Shown here: positions 1 to 8,865 of the stretch, one piece after another
Layout: each line of letters begins with the position of its first letter
How positions within the stretch are numbered: position 1 is the stretch's first letter
NCBI GenBank assembly: GCA_027492035.1
Contig: JAOZFT010000004.1
Location: 256,001 to 320,000 of the forward strand
Source: Thermoproteota archaeon
GTDB taxonomy: Archaea > Korarchaeota > JAOZGF01 > JAOZFZ01
Direction: 5' to 3'
DNA length: 64,000 nucleotides
Program-made: the position numbers and the translations under genes
The notes under the pieces: generated by a model
What the model saw: only the letters and a program-made list of their open reading frames with translations
Told to the model about the DNA's origin: nothing
Database searches by the model: none

Positions 1-70
1 GGGAATGAAAGAAAAAAATTAAATAAACTTTTAAAGAAGGATTTTTTTAAATAAAAGAAGTGGTGAGGAT

Positions 71-292
71 ATGAGGCCTCCTCTTACAGAATTAAGGAAA
101 GCTATTCAGAGTCAAATAACGGTAAGGTTAAAGGATGGAAAAGAGTATAAAGGCAGACTGGAACAGATAGATGATCACATGAATTTAGTGTTGAGTGGTT
201 GCACTGAAGTAAGCTGCGACGGTGACCCTGTGAAAAGAATAGGAGATGTATTCCTGCGTGGGAACAATATAATGTTTATTATTCTTGGGTAA
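71..292 (+). CDS. Sm/Lsm-like archaeal protein (SmAP)
   Basis: Sm1 (V-LKDGKEYKGRL..IDDHMNLVL) and Sm2 (FLRGNNI) motifs. Confidence 0.93.
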   Translation: MRPPLTELRKAIQSQITVRLKDGKEYKGRLEQIDDHMNLVLSGCTEVSCDGDPVKRIGDVFLRGNNIMFIILG

Positions 293-422
293 TTTAGTAA
301 CCTTGCTAAAGACATTTTCTAAACAGTGCCTTATCCTTAACGTGAAAACTCTATTGTATTTTACATTGAATATGTAAGGTTCTTGGAGGCAAAAAGTGAA
401 AATCAAGCTGTAAAGGGAGAAA

Positions 423-539
423 TGGGCCGGGTGGGATTCGAACCCACGACCTCCGCCCTTTCGATTTCCTTAATCGTCAAGGCGGCATCATCTCTGGAGT
501 TGTTACTTAAACAACTTAGCCAGGCTAGACTACCGGCCC
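423..539 (-). tRNA. tRNA-Val(GAC) with two introns (26 nt in D-loop, 16 nt at 37/38)
   Basis: Cloverleaf GGGCCGG/CCGGCCC and TTCGAAT T-loop; BHB CTGG/CCAG with bulges CTA, AGA; BHB TTGA/TCGA with bulges CGA, AAG. Confidence 0.92.
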
Positions 540-652
540 ATTGTTGCTACACTTAAAGATTAAACTTAAGCACTGAGAAAAATTATTTTACTCCTCTATA
601 TAAAAAATTTTCCTCTCGGTAGGGAGGTTGTTACAAAATCATCACTTTATTC

Positions 653-1027
653 TCACAAAATCTTATTTTTTGCAGGTTCTATAGATAGGTAAACGCTTGC
701 ACTCGACTCAATTTCTTTAAAAATGCTTTTTTCTCCACGAAATATAGCCAGTAATCCACCAAAAGAGAAAACAACTGCTTTATCGCTGTATTGTTTAAGT
801 AAACGTCCTTTCATAAGTATCCTTTCTTCACTACTTTTTTCAGGCTTATTTGTTGAGAGATTAACAACATAGATAGATGAACTCCTTAAATAAGGCAAAA
901 AATCCCTTGGCAGATCTACTTCTAATGAAATCTTCCTCTCTAGCGAAATAAAGGAGCAGGTAACTATTTTTTTCAGCTTTGTTGAGGCTTTCTTCTCCAG
1001 CTTACATTCTAAGTTTAAAAGCAACAT
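653..1027 (-). CDS. rpoG: RNA polymerase subunit G (Rpo8/Rpb8 homolog)
   Basis: OB-fold-sized protein with the Rpb8 signature SFGGLL and LEVDLP; start moved to ATG 1027 behind GGAGGTG. Confidence 0.8.
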   Translation of the reverse strand: MLLLNLECKLEKKASTKLKKIVTCSFISLERKISLEVDLPRDFLPYLRSSSIYVVNLSTNKPEKSSEERILMKGRLLKQYSDKAVVFSFGGLLAIFRGEKSIFKEIESSASVYLSIEPAKNKIL

Positions 1028-1251
1028 ACACCTCCTCTCTACCCAAGAATCAAAAATCACCCCTTCGCTTTTTCTAGGGCCCAGAAACTAAGATCAAAAA
1101 ATAATATCATAATTCTAAAAAGTGAAAGAGAAAATTTTGGAGGGAAGGGATAAGTTTAAAGAAGCATTTTTAAACATTATTTACCCCACTATTTAAAAGT
1201 TTAAGGTAAGGAATCAGGATATGGAAAAAATAGCATTTTACTTCCCTTATT

Positions 1252-2061
1252 GTGGTGAGAAAAACAGTGCAAAGGACCCTCTTCAAATTCATCTATAAAC
1301 TTAGTTCTTTCTTCGGCAGACCCATTTATGAGAGATACCTATACAATGAAGTAAAGAGAGGTAAAGTGCCTAAACATATAGGGATAATTCTTGACGGAAA
1401 CCGCAGGTACGCTATTGAAAAAGGAAAAGAGCCTTGGTGGGGACATTACCGTGGAGCGGAGAAATTAAAAGAAACGTTAGAGTGGTGCCTTGAATTAGGA
1501 ATAAGAAATGTCACAGTTTATGCTTTTTCTACAGAGAACAGTGGAAGGTCAAAAAAGGAGGTAGAAAATCTCTTCAAACTTTTCATTGAAAAATTAAAAG
1601 AAGCCTCAGAAGATGAAAGGATACACAGGAATAAAGTTAGAATAAAGATTTTTGGTAAAAGAGAATACTTGCCCAATGACTTAAAAGAAGCAATAAAAGA
1701 AGCTGAAGAGAAAACAAAGGATTACAGCAATTACCTACTTGGGATATGTCTCCTATATGGTGGAAGACAAGAAATAGTTGATGCTGTAAAGAGGATAGCT
1801 TTAAGTGTTAAGCAGGGGAGAATTGAACCTGAAGAAATATCTGAAAAGGTAATTGAGGAAAACCTTTACACGCAAGGAATGCCTGATCCTGACCTAATAA
1901 TAAGAACTTCAGGGGAAGAAAGGCTAAGTAACTTTCTACTTTGGCAATCTGCATATTCAGAACTGTATTTTTGTGAAACATACTTTCCTGAATTCCGGAA
2001 GATAGATTTCTTAAGAGCAATAAGGGATTATCAAAGGAGAAAAAGGAGATTTGGGAAATAA
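1252..2061 (+). CDS. uppS: cis-prenyltransferase (polyprenyl diphosphate synthase)
   Basis: HIGIILDGNRR, YAFSTEN, IRTSGEERLSNFLLWQSAYSE motifs. Confidence 0.96.
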   Translation: MVRKTVQRTLFKFIYKLSSFFGRPIYERYLYNEVKRGKVPKHIGIILDGNRRYAIEKGKEPWWGHYRGAEKLKETLEWCLELGIRNVTVYAFSTENSGRSKKEVENLFKLFIEKLKEASEDERIHRNKVRIKIFGKREYLPNDLKEAIKEAEEKTKDYSNYLLGICLLYGGRQEIVDAVKRIALSVKQGRIEPEEISEKVIEENLYTQGMPDPDLIIRTSGEERLSNFLLWQSAYSELYFCETYFPEFRKIDFLRAIRDYQRRKRRFGK

Positions 2062-2153
2062 ATCACTTTGAAAAGTTTTAAAAGTAATAGTTCAAAAAAA
2101 TAATTAACTTGGAAAGGTATCTTTAGGAAAAAATTCCATCCTATTTCTGGAAA

Positions 2154-2672
2154 ATGGGTGAGGAGGAGAGGTTGCTCTACAAAGTAACAACTTTAAAGAA
2201 GCAAGTTAAACAATTGACCAAAATTAAAAAGAAGAAAAAGAAAATTTATCTTGTAATCGACGGGCCAAACATTCTTAGGAAGGATTTACCCACTTCCCTT
2301 TCCCTTATTAAGTCAGTCTTAGATGATTTAGGAGACTTAAGAGTCGGTGTAGTCATACTAAACAGAAATGCACCGGAAAAACTAATTGAAGCAGTTACCA
2401 ACCATGGATTTAAGGCTGTTGTTTCCCCTGGCGACCCAATGGTAACCTTAACCATAACAGCCATGGAATTAATTCATGATTCTAAGGCAGATATTTTTGC
2501 GTTGGCTACTAGGAAAGCTGATTTCCTTCCATTGATTATTAAAGCTAAAGAAAAAGGGTTAGAAACTATAATAATAGGTGCTGAGCCTGGATTCAGTGTT
2601 GCACTTCAAAACGCAGCTGATTACTCAATTAACTTAAGCAGAGTAGGGGAAAAAGGAAACGAAAACAGTTAA
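2154..2672 (+). CDS. NYN (PIN-like) domain protein, TIGR00288-like
   Basis: IDGPN, EAVTNHGF, ADFLP..KAKEKG.ETIIIGAEPGFSVALQNAAD. Confidence 0.85.
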   Translation: MGEEERLLYKVTTLKKQVKQLTKIKKKKKKIYLVIDGPNILRKDLPTSLSLIKSVLDDLGDLRVGVVILNRNAPEKLIEAVTNHGFKAVVSPGDPMVTLTITAMELIHDSKADIFALATRKADFLPLIIKAKEKGLETIIIGAEPGFSVALQNAADYSINLSRVGEKGNENS

Positions 2673-2765
2673 ACCTTCTGTCGAAGATAATGGAAAGCAA
2701 AGAATGAATTTAAAAAGAAATAGAAACTTAAAAAAATATGTAGTGACATAGAGTAGTGGATTCTA

Positions 2766-3974
2766 ATGCAACCACCATCTGAAACTTCTTATCTGCGGGT
2801 GGGCTTAAAATATAACCCCTTCTTTTTCCTTTCAAGTGAAGCTATACAAACTTCTCTTCCAATAGAAATAGAGAAAATACATGTATCCTCCGACATAGAC
2901 ACCAAAATAGCCTCAGCACTAAGGGACTCCATAGTCAACAAAAAAAGGAAACTAATTTTCTTAACTGGGGTGTTTGGGTTAGGGAAAACAGAAAGGGCAA
3001 AACTCATCAAAAAAATACTTGAAGAGAAGGGGTTCATTGCAGTGTATATTAAAATAGATACTTCAAACCCGAAAACTCTTGTTCACGTGATACTAAGGGA
3101 ACTAATAAATAAACACCAAGAAATTTACAGCATCCCCTTCTTAGGAAAACTGAAAAAAAGCGAGTTGCATAATGAAATAAGTGTTAGTAACTTGGTTACG
3201 AACCCAGAAAAAACCTTGTTGAAAGTTAAAAAAATCATTAATGAACTTTCCCCTTTTGCTTTGATTTGTGACGAATTAGAAAATGTTTTCCATGCTCATG
3301 TAGATGAACAAAAATTTTTCTTTTCATTCCTTCTTTCTCTCTACAAAATGATGCCTACTAACTCTCTTCTGGTGGTTGCATGCATACCTGCTGCCTTAAA
3401 CCTGTTAAAAAGCTTAAAAAATGACTTTTACCAAGAAATAAATGAAGTAATTCATTTAACTCCTTTAAAAGGGAATGAAAGCCTAAAACTGGTTGAAAAA
3501 AGGATTCAATTAGCTAGAGACAAGAATTTCAACATGGAAAATCCACTTTACCCCTTTACCCAAGAAGCAATTCTTTACGCAAACGAAGTAGCGAAAGGAA
3601 ACGCTAGATACCTACTTAAAATATTAAGAACAGCCTTAGCCACACTAATAGCTGACCCTAATAAGGAAATCGTGGATAAAAAGTTTATAGAGAAAGTTGT
3701 TAAAAACCTTAGATATGAAAAAGCAATAAAGAAAGAAGCTAAAAAGAAAATTAAAGAAGAAGTAATACCACAGGAGTACCTAAATGAACTGAAAGTAATA
3801 ATTAACGAATTTGAAGGAGGGCCTGTTAACTATATCCAGTTAGCGAAAATAAATAAGATACCTGCTGTTTTACAGCTTAGGAAACTGAAAGAAATGGAAA
3901 AAAAGGGTTTAGTGATGGAAGAAGCCGGTAGATTCTACATAAAAGAAGAAATAAAAAGGAGAATACAGAAATAA
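2766..3974 (+). CDS. P-loop ATPase (AAA+/Cdc6-like architecture) with probable C-terminal winged helix
   Basis: Walker A GVFGLGKT, Walker B LICDELE, YPFT..AI and GNAR lid motif; specific function unknown. Confidence 0.75.
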   Translation: MQPPSETSYLRVGLKYNPFFFLSSEAIQTSLPIEIEKIHVSSDIDTKIASALRDSIVNKKRKLIFLTGVFGLGKTERAKLIKKILEEKGFIAVYIKIDTSNPKTLVHVILRELINKHQEIYSIPFLGKLKKSELHNEISVSNLVTNPEKTLLKVKKIINELSPFALICDELENVFHAHVDEQKFFFSFLLSLYKMMPTNSLLVVACIPAALNLLKSLKNDFYQEINEVIHLTPLKGNESLKLVEKRIQLARDKNFNMENPLYPFTQEAILYANEVAKGNARYLLKILRTALATLIADPNKEIVDKKFIEKVVKNLRYEKAIKKEAKKKIKEEVIPQEYLNELKVIINEFEGGPVNYIQLAKINKIPAVLQLRKLKEMEKKGLVMEEAGRFYIKEEIKRRIQK

Positions 3975-4031
3975 ATATATCCCTAGAGTAAGCTATAGTT
4001 ATCCCTTATCTGATTTCTTTTGTAAATTGAG

Positions 4032-4105
4032 GGCCGGAGGCGGGATTTGAACCCGCGTCGAGGGCTCCACAGGCCCCTAGGCTACCAGGCTGCCCCACCC
4101 CGGCC
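4032..4105 (-). tRNA. tRNA-His(GTG), G-1 encoded
   Basis: Cloverleaf, anticodon arm GGGGC-CTGTGGA-GCCCT, discriminator C. Confidence 0.95.
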
Positions 4106-4451
4106 ACATGTTAAAGAAAGGCTTCAACCTTATAGTGAAGTGTTGAATAATATTTTTTGTTTTAAATAGGTTTTTCAAAGGAAAGCTCAGAAGAGCACTT
4201 TTCCATATGGCTCTCTTTTTTTTAAAAATTTTCTTCTTCATTTAAATGCTTTCACTTTTTACTGCTCTTTTTCATTTATTCTCAAGAATTAAAATTCTTG
4301 AGCCCTATGCTGGGAGAGTTATTCTGAAGTTGTTCGGATCTAAAACACTAAAACTCTCGTTATTTAATGCATCATACAGTATAACACTGCGATTAAAAAG
4401 GCAAATTTAATATACATGAATTTCGTCTGTTTTGAAAATTAATCATCACTA

Positions 4452-5080
4452 TTACGTTATATTCTGTAGAGTCTTTATAGGGATGAATACAAATAATTTA
4501 TCAAATTCATAATAGTTTGATCTAAATATTCCTTTTACTTTAAATTTAGCTTTTATGCCGTTTGGGAATAACAAATAGAAGGTATCACTAACCTTTAAAT
4601 GCATTTCATTTGCTAGTCTATATCCCAAGATAGCTTCATATCCGTTATCATCTGAGAGATAGGTTCCAGAAACTATTATCTTTTTAATATCAGTTACACT
4701 AGACTCATTTTCTGGCGAAATTCCTATGGCTCTACAAAACATTGTACTTGGCAAATTATTTAAATAAATTAATGCATCTGTATTAACTCTAGTTGAAATT
4801 CCAACTATATTTCTTGAGATACTGAAATTTTTTATTAATTTGTGAATAATTTCTTTGGAATTATCTATATAAGCAGTATCCTTAATAGGGAGTATTTTCA
4901 TATGTGCAGTATACAAGTTAATTGTTTTATTTGCTATATCTTCACTCCATCCTGTCATCAAAGCATCGGTAACGACATATGCAATAACACCAGTAGATAT
5001 GGCAATAATTATTAAAGTAATTTTCCATTTTTTTTAGCATATAACTCTTTTTTAGCTATAAAAAAAGCTGCTCTCAACAT
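4452..5080 (-). pseudogene. Frameshifted, 3'-truncated MacB/LolE/FtsX-type ABC permease
   Basis: MLRAAFFIAKKELYAKK then frameshift in an A8 run to WKITLIIIAISTGV...; EAILGYRLA..LKVSD..FKVKGIF periplasmic motif; C-terminal TM domain absent; very AT-rich. Confidence 0.75.
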
Positions 5081-5387
5081 ATATCATTCACAACTATTGT
5101 TTATCTATACATAACATATATAAATATTAATTTAAAAGAATAAAGCATAACGATTTTTGTTCCGAAAGTCTGTTCTATATGAGAATTCTCCCAAGCTGGG
5201 TTCTAATTAAGATGTAGAAGGTCATTAAGCATTAAAGCCGCCTGGAGATTAAGGAGAGGAAGAAGGAATTATTGAGGATGATTGCCCCAGAAATGATTAG
5301 GCAGATGATACAGAAGAAAGTTGAGAGGATTCTTTCAATGTACCTGCCTAGAGATAAAGTTGTTGAAGCTGAGAAGATTGGGGTAGT

Positions 5388-5531
5388 ATGAGATGCGAGT
5401 TCCAAAGTATTCAAGAGCTTATGGAATATGTAGAGAAGGAGGCTTGGAGAAGAGCGAAGGCTATACTGGAAAAGAATGGTATAAAGGTACAAGCACCAAA
5501 ATTGAACAGTGGTGCGGGGGGTGGGATTTGA
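5388..5531 (+). CDS. Small hypothetical ORF (47 aa) running into the tRNA-Leu 3' end; probable mobile-element remnant
   Basis: ATGA-coupled to an upstream ORF fragment (about 5237-5391); purine-rich, coding-like composition. Confidence 0.4.
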   Translation: MRCEFQSIQELMEYVEKEAWRRAKAILEKNGIKVQAPKLNSGAGGGI

Positions 5532-5646
5532 ACCCACGCAGAGCTTCTCACTAGGTATCTTGCACATGAAGTAAGACCTAAGCCTAGCGCCTTTGGCCGT
5601 AACCGTCAATGTTTGGTCTACTTTGACCAGGCTCGGCAACCCCCGC
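5510..5646 (-). tRNA. tRNA-Leu(TAG) with two introns (30 nt in D-loop, 20 nt at 37/38); CCA encoded
   Basis: GCGGGGG acceptor and long variable arm; D-loop BHB GGTC/GGCC with AAA/AAA bulges; anticodon intron helix CTTA/CAAG has one mismatch. Confidence 0.87.
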
Positions 5647-5655
5647 AGTTTATGA

Positions 5656-5730
5656 TGCCCCGGGCGGGATTTGAACCCGCGTCAATGGCTCGAAAGGCCA
5701 TTATGCTTAACCGGGCTACACCACCGGGGC
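5656..5730 (-). tRNA. tRNA-Glu(TTC)
   Basis: Cloverleaf, ATGGC-CTTTCGA-GCCAT. Confidence 0.96.
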
Positions 5731-5736
5731 TTATGA

Positions 5737-5826
5737 CGCCGCCGGCAGGATTTGAACCTGCGACCATCTGGTGGCTGCACTTAATTTTTAACAGCCAGAC
5801 GCTCCACCGGGCTGAGCTACGGCGGC
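5737..5826 (-). tRNA. tRNA-Asn(GTT) with 16-nt intron at 37/38
   Basis: Cloverleaf; BHB CTGT/GCAG with bulges TAA, CCA. Confidence 0.94.
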
Positions 5827-5905
5827 TGCCTTTTTAGAGTTGTTGATAACCTTTTTTAGTCCCTTTTTCTTTTTAAAATTTATTAGTTTGATAAGGTTTT
5901 CCCTC

Positions 5906-6451
5906 TCACACCTTTAAATTTTTTTCTTTTCTAGCTCTTTGTCTTCTTTCAAGAAACGAATAGACTGAATTGTGAGGTGCACCATTCAGTAATAGTTGTA
6001 TAGCCCTTTTTGCATCTAGAACATTAAGGTAAGGACCTATTATAGAAACTGTTTTCCCGTACACGGAAATGAAGGTGGATGTATACTTTTCAATTTTTTC
6101 TCTTGCTTTGCCGTTTTTACCTATTATTCGGCCGCGTAATCTTACTAATGAATTTTTTGACCGTCCTGAGTATTCCTCTAAATCTATTATTTCGAGTGTG
6201 TTTTCTTCATCTAACAATTTCAGGGCTTTTTCCGGCGTGAATCCTCTAGCTATCGCTAATATCACATTTTTTGCTGTTAAAGTGTTCATAGCGTCGGCAT
6301 TGTTTATAGGTGTTATTTTTACTTCTCCTGTTTGACTGTCTACCTCGATAATTGTTTTTGTTAATTTCTGTATCTTTGTTTTTGTTTCCCCCTTTTTACC
6401 AATTACTACTCCTATTCTTTGTTTAGGTATGATAATTTCAACGGGGTTCAT
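5906..6451 (-). CDS. KH-domain pre-rRNA processing protein (Dim2/Pno1 family)
   Basis: Two GXXG KH motifs (VIGKKG, GRIIGKNG), AIARGF; conserved position after rio1. Confidence 0.93.
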   Translation of the reverse strand: MNPVEIIIPKQRIGVVIGKKGETKTKIQKLTKTIIEVDSQTGEVKITPINNADAMNTLTAKNVILAIARGFTPEKALKLLDEENTLEIIDLEEYSGRSKNSLVRLRGRIIGKNGKAREKIEKYTSTFISVYGKTVSIIGPYLNVLDAKRAIQLLLNGAPHNSVYSFLERRQRARKEKNLKV

Positions 6452-7163
6452 TCCCCTTACCTTCTTTTAAAAGTTGCTTCAGGAAAGATAAAGGGTCACC
6501 AGTTGTGACTCCATTTTTTTTAAAGAAGAAAAATATTCTTTCAATGTCTCTCCTTAAAAAATCTAAGGCATAAGGATGCGAAGATAAAACAGCTTGTGAA
6601 ACATCTATTATAAAAGGGATGTCCCAAATCAAGATATTATATTCACTTAAGTCTCCATGGACAAGGTTTGCATTCTTATACATTTTTTCTATGTCCTTCT
6701 TTATAAGGGTGAAGATTTTATTTGCATCGTTGATCTCTATGTCTTTAAGTAAAGGTGCTGGAGTGCCTTTTTCTCCAATAAACTTCATTACAAGGATGTT
6801 TTTTTTGCAGATGATGGGTTTTGGGACATTTACTCCTGCATCGTACATCCTTTTAAGGTTTTTGTATTCTTTAAGGGCCCATAAGTAAACGAGATGCTTC
6901 ATGTCTTTCTTCATTCTTTTAAACCTTAGATCTCCTTCAATATATACTCTTCTCTCTTTAAAGTTACTGGTTAATGTTTTATAAACTTTGATAGCAACTT
7001 CCTTTGCACTCTTTCTCCCATGAAGCAGCACAGCCTCTTTACCTGAATTAATAATTCCCCCTACTTCAGTTATAAATTTCTTTCGGATTAATGTGTAAAG
7101 TGTGAGTAAGGTTTCTTTATCGAAAATGCCTCCATAAATTTTCAAGTCCTCTTTTGTCTTCAT
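6438..7163 (-). CDS. rio1: RIO1-family Ser/Thr kinase (true start possibly CTG at 7208)
   Basis: SGKEA, AIKVY, LVHGDLSEYNIL, IIDVSQAV. Confidence 0.95.
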   Translation of the reverse strand: MKTKEDLKIYGGIFDKETLLTLYTLIRKKFITEVGGIINSGKEAVLLHGRKSAKEVAIKVYKTLTSNFKERRVYIEGDLRFKRMKKDMKHLVYLWALKEYKNLKRMYDAGVNVPKPIICKKNILVMKFIGEKGTPAPLLKDIEINDANKIFTLIKKDIEKMYKNANLVHGDLSEYNILIWDIPFIIDVSQAVLSSHPYALDFLRRDIERIFFFFKKNGVTTGDPLSFLKQLLKEGKGNEPR

Positions 7164-7209
7164 CCTCCTTTTAGTTTTTCTTCTAAGCAGTTTATCTTCT
7201 GCATCCAGT

Positions 7210-7560
7210 TTAAAGCTCCTCCGTAACTCCCTTAATAAAGTCTAAATACCCCTTCCTTTTAAGCCATCCCACTTGTGAAGAAGTATATCTATGTACTATA
7301 TCTCCTTTTTTTGGTTGAAACGGCCAAAGAGCTACTAAAACAATGTCCCCCTCTTTCATCCAGACCCTTTTCCTAATCCTGCCAGGTATCCTGCAGAATC
7401 TAGTGACTCCATCCGAGCAAAAAACCTTTAAGTGTCCAGCCCCTAGAAATTCAGTTATTATACCTAGCTTTTCTTCTTTTACAGGCAAAATTATTTTGCG
7501 CCCTATTTCTTCATCTGTTTCTCTTTGAACTGTTTTCCTTTTTTTACCCATTCTGATCAA
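7210..7560 (-). CDS. eif1a: Translation initiation factor aIF-1A
   Basis: LGAG..VFCSDG.TR.CRIPGRIRKRVW..EGDIVLV..W.FQ. Confidence 0.95.
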   Translation of the reverse strand: MIRMGKKRKTVQRETDEEIGRKIILPVKEEKLGIITEFLGAGHLKVFCSDGVTRFCRIPGRIRKRVWMKEGDIVLVALWPFQPKKGDIVHRYTSSQVGWLKRKGYLDFIKGVTEEL

Positions 7561-7563
7561 CTG

Positions 7564-7872
7564 TTAAGGTTTCACTATTTGAACATGCAGAACTCCCCCT
7601 ATGTTTTTTGAAAATTTTTTGTTTAACACCCCTTTTTTGTCAAGTTCAGTTATTATTTTTGTCCCGAAGATGTTGATTATATCACTCTGGCCCATTAGAT
7701 CAATTATTTCTTTCAGATTTTTTCTCCCTCCATCATAAAACTCTTTATTTATTTCTATTTTTAAACCATTTTGGTAAATTTTTTTGCCAAGAATTTCTAA
7801 GTCACAAATTGCTAGTATAGTTTTTCCATTTTTAATATGTACCTTGGTACAGAAAACAAGGTTGCTGTTCAT
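7564..7872 (-). CDS. DUF424 family protein
   Basis: LAICD.EILGK...L.I..EFY.G; conserved neighbour of aIF-2 beta. Confidence 0.85.
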   Translation of the reverse strand: MNSNLVFCTKVHIKNGKTILAICDLEILGKKIYQNGLKIEINKEFYDGGRKNLKEIIDLMGQSDIINIFGTKIITELDKKGVLNKKFSKNIGGVLHVQIVKP

Positions 7873-7886
7873 TTACAGCCCTTTTC

Positions 7887-8300
7887 CTATATCTTTTTGA
7901 TAGGGGTTAAAGCTCCACATGCTTCACATTTCAGGTAATGAATCCCTTTCTCTTTAATGATTCTTGTGTCTGGTCTTTCACAAACTGGACATATTACGTA
8001 TAAGTTTATGTATTTCCTTAACTTTTTGTTAAGCCTTGAAAATTGGAACTTCCCATGAAGTAATATTACAGTACCTTTTTTTGTATATGAGGTCCCTAAT
8101 TCTCTGCATAGGAAAAGCAAAATATGGTTTTCGTCTCTGTTCAAAACTCTCCTTACTTCGTTAAAGTTTTGAATCACTGTGCTTGATCCTTCAATGTAAC
8201 CTCTTAGCACAGGGATTTGAAATCTTCCCCCTTTCTTAATTACTAAAGGTGTTTCACTTCTTGCCTTTTCGAGGAGAGAAATGTATTGATCGATTTCCAT
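7887..8300 (-). CDS. eif2b: Translation initiation factor aIF-2 beta
   Basis: NF..V...LNRD..H...FL.RELGT; YVICPVC..PDT..CEACGA zinc ribbon. Confidence 0.95.
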   Translation of the reverse strand: MEIDQYISLLEKARSETPLVIKKGGRFQIPVLRGYIEGSSTVIQNFNEVRRVLNRDENHILLFLCRELGTSYTKKGTVILLHGKFQFSRLNKKLRKYINLYVICPVCERPDTRIIKEKGIHYLKCEACGALTPIKKI

Positions 8301-8386
8301 GTTTCCTCATCACTCACTACATTGGTTCTATCCTTCTATAAAAATTTTCTCCCGGATTTTCTTTTTTGTGGGCTTTATATACCACT

Positions 8387-8836
8387 TTATTTTCTATTTT
8401 CTTCTCCAATTTTTTCACTAAATTCCTTTAAATCCTTTTTCTTTGCTCTCTTTTTAAGCCTATGTATTATTTCTAATTTCCGTGTGATAAACCAGTTTGG
8501 GTCAGATACTTTTATGACTAACTCAGGCAATAAGAACCTTCCATTTCCAATTACCTTTATTAACCCTATCACATCCACCAGGTCTCCGAATCCTATCTCA
8601 TGAATAGAGGGAACATAAGCTAAATTAATCGAGAAACCACTACCATCTTCTATTCTCACTACTTCAGTTTCAATTCGTGAATTGTAAGCTATGTTTGTTA
8701 CTACACCCATTACTCTGACCTTTAAAGCTTTAAAGCCGGTGCTGGTTGTTAAAACTGGATTTTTTACTCCAGAGACATATGAAAGCTTAGCTTCACATAT
8801 TTCCTTAATTTTCATTTTGTAAGCTACTTCAAACAC
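8387..8836 (-). CDS. Single OB-fold protein, RPA32/Stn1-like
   Basis: KVRVMGVV..IEDGSG..GDLVDVIG..DPNW pattern. Confidence 0.7.
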   Translation of the reverse strand: MFEVAYKMKIKEICEAKLSYVSGVKNPVLTTSTGFKALKVRVMGVVTNIAYNSRIETEVVRIEDGSGFSINLAYVPSIHEIGFGDLVDVIGLIKVIGNGRFLLPELVIKVSDPNWFITRKLEIIHRLKKRAKKKDLKEFSEKIGEENRK

Positions 8837-8865
8837 TTCTCTCCTGCCTTTTCACTACTTTTAAA

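Noticed and set aside
4105-4105. Genomically encoded G-1 of tRNA-His
   Set aside because: Normal for many archaea
5232-5837. ORFs across tRNA genes (also 19835-20089, 54857-55054, 59977-60273)
   Set aside because: Translations of tRNA sequence (GSNPT, GFEP patterns)
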